This document shows, in pieces, positions 59,927-64,000 of a DNA stretch of 64,000 nt. The DNA is from Planctomycetota bacterium. GTDB taxonomy: Bacteria; Planctomycetota; PLA2; JAEUHO01. Position numbers and translations under genes: made by a program. Within the stretch, counting starts at the first letter, position 1. Each line of letters begins with the position of its first letter. The stretch lies in assembly GCA_965222115.1 (NCBI GenBank), contig CBDCTJ010000003.1, positions 352,001 to 416,000 on the forward strand. The letters run 5' to 3'. The notes under the pieces were generated by a model. It did no database searches. It saw nothing but the letters and a program-made list of their open reading frames with translations, and had not been told where the DNA came from.

Positions 59927-60964
59927 TCAAAATCGATACGTGACGCTCAACACGACTTGGTGAAGCCAGGAGAATGTGTAGGTGTTGTCGTTGTCGGCAC
60001 CACCCTCGATCGTTCGGTAGCCAATGCCCACGCTCCAATGGGGTGTGAAATCGCGGTGCAATTTGAGCGCAAAATCAATGGCGCGACCTTGCGGAGCACC
60101 AAGGGCGTCCAGGTCGGCGGTAACGCGCCAGCCCGGGCGAGGTCGCCATTCCACGTCGGCGTGAAGCAACGGAACGAATCCGAGATCGGTTTTTCGCGCG
60201 AATTTGCCATCCTGCTCCAACTGAATCTTTGCATCGCGGATTTTGGCAGTGGCACCGAAGAAGAACGACCACTTGTCGTTTTCAGCAACGAGATAGCGAT
60301 ACCCCAATCGGTAGGAGTTGAACTTGAAGGTGGCCGTGGTGCGCCCACCCGCCACAAACGTCTCATCGCGAAACGTAACGTCACTTGGAAGGCTGCCCGA
60401 AGCCTCGATCGTGAGAGGCGCAATCAGGGCGCGCATGCGATGGCGACGCGAAAGCGCCCAATCCATGGTGACCCGCCCACCGAGAAAGGGCCCAGCACCC
60501 GTGACATCATCCACGTTGAACCGCGTACCCGTATCGCCAGGAATGGCGGCCTCATTGCGCGACTGCCACAACGGCCCACCTTCTACCTCTAGTGAGAATC
60601 GATAGAAGGGTCGCGACCAACGCCGAGCGTGCGCACGGCGCATCGACGGATTTGATGACGCGGTAAGAGGAACACCATGGACCGCAAACGACGTCGCGGC
60701 GGTTTGCTTGAACGAGGTCTGTCGGAACGGACCGTGTGTCATCGGCGCGCTAGACCGGTACGCAGTGGACAACGTGGATTGTGGTGTCCGCAATACGTTG
60801 CGCGTGAGCACGGGGTATTGGGCTGAGACCTGCCGACGCGGGAGTTTAGAGAACGTGGCGTTATGGGCCTCTGCCGTGCCTCGCAAGAAGATCCCAAACA
60901 CCAACGTCGCCAGAGGCACGAGGATTGGGGAGCCACGACGATGTGCCACGAAACAATCAATCAT
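59927..60964 (-). CDS. Putative outer-membrane beta-barrel protein
   Basis: Signal-like N-terminus, alternating beta strands (NSYRLGYRY, VGIGYRTIEGG), terminal YRF; ATGA overlap with the SOUL gene. Confidence 0.7.
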   Translation of the reverse strand: MIDCFVAHRRGSPILVPLATLVFGIFLRGTAEAHNATFSKLPRRQVSAQYPVLTRNVLRTPQSTLSTAYRSSAPMTHGPFRQTSFKQTAATSFAVHGVPLTASSNPSMRRAHARRWSRPFYRFSLEVEGGPLWQSRNEAAIPGDTGTRFNVDDVTGAGPFLGGRVTMDWALSRRHRMRALIAPLTIEASGSLPSDVTFRDETFVAGGRTTATFKFNSYRLGYRYLVAENDKWSFFFGATAKIRDAKIQLEQDGKFARKTDLGFVPLLHADVEWRPRPGWRVTADLDALGAPQGRAIDFALKLHRDFTPHWSVGIGYRTIEGGADNDNTYTFSWLHQVVLSVTYRF

Positions 60965-61827
60965 CGAGCGGCACCATCCGAAATGCTCGTGTTTCGCTTC
61001 ACAGGCACCTGCACTTCATAAAACTGGCGCGAACTAGAAACCATAGGGCTGTTGTAGGCAAGTACTCGCCAAGGGCCTGCAACCGTGAGTCCGTGTGCGT
61101 TCATCGCTTTGTCAATCAATGCCTTTGCGAGTGCAATTGACTTTGCGTTTCGACGACCGCGCATACCGATACTTAGAACACGAGTCTGTTTCAAATCACG
61201 AACGGATACGCGGCCTTGTTCGCCGGTCTCCCCCTGTTGCAGTGACTCGTAGAGGAACGCCATCGACGCATTGCGCATCTTGCGGTCCAGGGTCATTTCT
61301 ACGGGGGCGGTCATAGCCACATTGTTTTTCTTGATGTGTCGAAACAGTGTCCAAAACGACATTCCCCGGTTGGTCGTGATCGCAGCGCGATACGCCGGAT
61401 ATCGCTTTGTGACGACATGCCCCACGGGCCCTGGCGCGGGGAATCCCTGCGGCAGTGACGCCTCGCGCTTAGGAATAAAGGCGAGGTCGCTCAGCAACAG
61501 ATCAAATGTGCGCCGCAATGCCCAGGCGCGCTCCGATGCATCGGCCAGCTCCTGCGAAAGGACTGTTTGTAGTCGGTGGCGCGCCAAGTCATGTTGGCCC
61601 ACACCCGTTTGCTGGATCACTCTGCGCGCGACGGCTTCGTAGGCGCGAGCGCAGCCCTCCGCATCACCGCTATTGAATAGCGATACACCCTTCTCTATGG
61701 CGCTAGTAAGCACTGCCTTTAGGTCCATTGGCTTTCGAGCCGCCGTCGCGGAGGCGTGCGCAGCGTTGGTCATGTTGAAAATGAGCCCAGAGAACAGGGC
61801 TACAGCGAGCATCGTGACTAGTTTCAT
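60961..61827 (-). CDS. Secreted SOUL heme-binding family protein with extra N-terminal helical domain
   Basis: KRYPAYRAA, FWTLFRHI, AMTAPVEM, MAFLY, AYNSPMV, EVQVP; signal peptide; N-domain AIEKGVSLFNSGDAEGCARAY. Confidence 0.8.
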   Translation of the reverse strand: MKLVTMLAVALFSGLIFNMTNAAHASATAARKPMDLKAVLTSAIEKGVSLFNSGDAEGCARAYEAVARRVIQQTGVGQHDLARHRLQTVLSQELADASERAWALRRTFDLLLSDLAFIPKREASLPQGFPAPGPVGHVVTKRYPAYRAAITTNRGMSFWTLFRHIKKNNVAMTAPVEMTLDRKMRNASMAFLYESLQQGETGEQGRVSVRDLKQTRVLSIGMRGRRNAKSIALAKALIDKAMNAHGLTVAGPWRVLAYNSPMVSSSRQFYEVQVPVKRNTSISDGAAR

Positions 61828-61852
61828 GCGCGGAGACTACCGCACCGCTCAA

Positions 61853-61880
61853 ATTTGTTTAGTTTTTTTTCTAAACATAT
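61853..61880. promoter_or_regulatory. Inverted repeat, candidate CarH/LitR operator
   Basis: ATTTGTTTAG-T8-CTAAACATAT, an AT-rich palindrome in the divergent intergenic region. Confidence 0.65.
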
Positions 61881-61891
61881 AGGATTTGGGA

Positions 61892-62857
61892 ATGAACTCG
61901 GAGTCGCCCCCTCCTTTGACGAGCTGCAGTCCCGAACGAGCCGAGGGACCCGAGACCCTCTTCTCAATCCGGGCGGCCGCCAATGCGGCAGGCATTTCTC
62001 CTCAGGCGATTCGAATGTGGGAAGAGCGCTACGGACGACCCAAGGCCGTTCGCCTACCCAGCGGTCATCGGCGCTACACCGAAGCGCAACTCACGTGGCT
62101 GCGACGAGTGGCGAGCGCCCTGACCCTCGGCCATCGACCGAGCGAAGTGATTCGTTTATCCCCCACCGAACTCGACGCCCTACTCGACGAAGAATTGCAG
62201 GCGACGCCGCTCACCGACGCAGGGAAACAAGCGCTCGAGTGGATCGCTGCGTTCCGGGCCTCCGACTTGCGTCAGTGGCTTCGAGCCGAGGCACATGCGA
62301 ATGACGTTGTGACGTTCTTGTCTCAACGAGTCGCGCCACTGCTCCAGGCCGTGGGCCGGTCTTGGGCTGAAGGCAATATTCAAGTCCGGCATGAGCACGC
62401 CTTTACGGAGGTGCTACAAGACGAGCTGCGCCGACTCCGATTGAACCATGTCCCCACGTCGCGCGCCGCGCCCATCGTTTTGGCCACGCTACCCGGCGAG
62501 CTGCACGCGTTGGGTGTTTACATGATCGACCTCATCACGGCATCCGAAGGCTTGCACACCCATACCCTTGGCGCGGACACACCCCTGGACGACATCGTCG
62601 ACACCGTGCGCGATGTAGGAGCACATGCGGTTGCCATTAGTGTGTCGTCCAACATGAGTGGCACAGTCGTGGATCGTCAACTGAAGCAATTGCGAGCACA
62701 GTTGCCAAAAGAGATAGCACTCCTTGTAGGCGGTGCAGGCGTTGAACGCGCGCGCCGACGCCCGCGCGGCGTTGAGATGCCATCCGGCCTCCGAGGGTGG
62801 CAAGCATGGGTCCGCGCGTACCGAACGCCCAGGTCCAACTCATCACCCAGCAACTAG
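61892..62857 (+). CDS. MerR-family B12-binding photoreceptor regulator (CarH/LitR-like)
   Basis: MerR HTH (IRMWEERYG...SGHRRY); W-x9-EH motif (WAEGNIQVRHEH); cobalamin ligand GELHALG; LGADTP; LLVGG. Confidence 0.92.
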   Translation: MNSESPPPLTSCSPERAEGPETLFSIRAAANAAGISPQAIRMWEERYGRPKAVRLPSGHRRYTEAQLTWLRRVASALTLGHRPSEVIRLSPTELDALLDEELQATPLTDAGKQALEWIAAFRASDLRQWLRAEAHANDVVTFLSQRVAPLLQAVGRSWAEGNIQVRHEHAFTEVLQDELRRLRLNHVPTSRAAPIVLATLPGELHALGVYMIDLITASEGLHTHTLGADTPLDDIVDTVRDVGAHAVAISVSSNMSGTVVDRQLKQLRAQLPKEIALLVGGAGVERARRRPRGVEMPSGLRGWQAWVRAYRTPRSNSSPSN

Positions 62858-63000
62858 CGCAACAGCGGAACGTCACCCGGCCGCGCGAACACCATTTGAA
62901 CATCGCTCAGGTAACGCTCGCGCAGCGATGCGTCTTCACGCTCAAAGACGCCTGACGAGTACGTCATGGTGTCGTCGAGGAACAACGCAAAGCACGCGTA
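62854..63000 (-). pseudogene. cfa: Internally deleted cyclopropane-fatty-acyl-phospholipid synthase remnant
   Basis: FALFLDDTMTYSSGVF...DASL (Cfa post-HYD motif) fused in frame to RERYLSDVQMVFARP (Cfa C-terminus); SAM-binding core absent. Confidence 0.7.
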
Positions 63001-63004
63001 CGCG

Positions 63005-63622
63005 CTAGTCGTCCCCCGACCCCCACACCGTCTTGGCGGTGGGATCGTCAAGGAGGCGCTTTAGCGTGAGGAGGGCGCGGGTAAGTCGCGCGCCTGCAGC
63101 CTTCTCGGTGATGCTTAGAACCTTGGCCGCATCAGCGTAGGTCATGCCGTCGAATCGAATGAGGCGAATGATCTCGCGATGCGACGGCGACAGCGTTGCA
63201 ATCATCGCCAGTAGCCGTTCCCGTTCTTCGTTGCGCTGCACCTCACCACTCGCTGAACACCACGACACGCGCAACGTCTCCTTGAGTTCTTGCTCGCGCC
63301 GCGCATCGCGCCTTTCACGTGTGAAGTGTTTGCCTGCATCGCGAATTCGGTTCTCCGCAATCTGCATGAGCCACGCGGCAAACGCGCCGGGCGTCTCGTA
63401 CGTGAAGCGTTCGAGGCCCGCGGACGCCCCCGAGAGGGCTTCCTGGACGATGTCTTCAACGTCGAGTCGCGTTCGAAGAAACTCACCAAATCGAAAGGCT
63501 ATCCAACGCTCAAGGCCAGGCCGCACCGCCGAAAACGCCTCATCGAGGGCGGCGCGGTCGCCGTTGCGCGCCCGGGCGAGCACCTCGGCAAGATTGGGGG
63601 GTTCGGAAATTAGACGAGACAC
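63005..63622 (-). CDS. ECF sigma factor, paralog of the 43059 sigma
   Basis: LRTRLDVEDIVQE, FAAWLMQIAENRIRD, MTYADAAKVLSIT...ARLTRA; GTG start at 63622 after GGGGAG. Confidence 0.92.
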   Translation of the reverse strand: MSRLISEPPNLAEVLARARNGDRAALDEAFSAVRPGLERWIAFRFGEFLRTRLDVEDIVQEALSGASAGLERFTYETPGAFAAWLMQIAENRIRDAGKHFTRERRDARREQELKETLRVSWCSASGEVQRNEERERLLAMIATLSPSHREIIRLIRFDGMTYADAAKVLSITEKAAGARLTRALLTLKRLLDDPTAKTVWGSGDD

Positions 63623-63773
63623 CGGATGCGCAACTCTCCCCTGAAGATCGGGTCTGAATGGCGCTGAGAGTCTACCGCTGACCCCAATCCAGATCGAATC
63701 CGGGAAAAATCGGACTTGACCGTAGGGATGGCGCCGGCACGTCGCTCTTTCATCTAGGACCAAGGAATGCGCC

Positions 63774-64000
63774 ATGAATGACCCCACCTCTTCTGAAGGC
63801 TCGGAAGCTCCAAACGGCAATGACGCGAATCCCGCGCCCAATGCAGGCTTGGGTACCGGACAGAGTGAAGAGGCCGATGCGCTCATCGCATTCTGCCTCG
63901 GCGAGTACCACGGTCGTGAAGCAGCCGGCGAGTCGGTCAATCCCGAGTCGTTTCGAACGCGACTCGGAAAGGACTTCTCACGTTTTCTCGACTTGCTCGC
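63774..64000 (+). CDS. 3'-partial ORF, probable N-terminus of a Ser/Thr kinase
   Basis: RBS AAGGA then ATG 63774, open to the window end; LGEYHGREAAGESVNPESFRTRLGKDFSRFLDLL resembles the pre-kinase segment of the 52761-54818 kinase. Confidence 0.55.
   Translation, partial: MNDPTSSEGSEAPNGNDANPAPNAGLGTGQSEEADALIAFCLGEYHGREAAGESVNPESFRTRLGKDFSRFLDLL

Overview
A GC-rich, gene-dense bacterial window. It is most likely from a Planctomycetota member, inferred from secreted prenyltransferase/squalene-oxidase-repeat proteins, FGE-sulfatase-fold proteins, HEAT repeats, ECF sigma factors next to Ser/Thr kinases, and a pilB-pilT-pilB-pilC block. Housekeeping loci: dnaK, nusA-infB-rbfA, tRNA-His(GTG), crcB, ppdK, yebC, rplM-rpsI. 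Accessory modules: (1) a sulfane-sulfur module of cysteine synthase-like enzyme, ArsR and a persulfide dioxygenase-rhodanese-DUF2892 fusion with a palindromic operator; (2) type IV pilus motor genes; (3) a ~16 kb signalling region between yebC and rpsI; (4) a B12-dependent CarH/LitR photoreceptor divergent from SOUL and beta-barrel genes, followed by an internally deleted cfa remnant; (5) a second ECF sigma facing a probable kinase gene cut off by the window edge. The best candidate for an undescribed system is region 3. It holds an ECF sigma translationally coupled to a catalytically dead kinase-FGE receptor and its active paralog, converging on an operon of receptor kinase (PEGA plus DUF928-like ectodomain), apparently exported TPR-CHAT protease and two lipoproteins. 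No CRISPR array, integrase, transposase, reverse transcriptase or rRNA was seen. All calls come from motif recognition by eye; no database searches were run, and several start codons were moved from the ORF track using RBS or family context.
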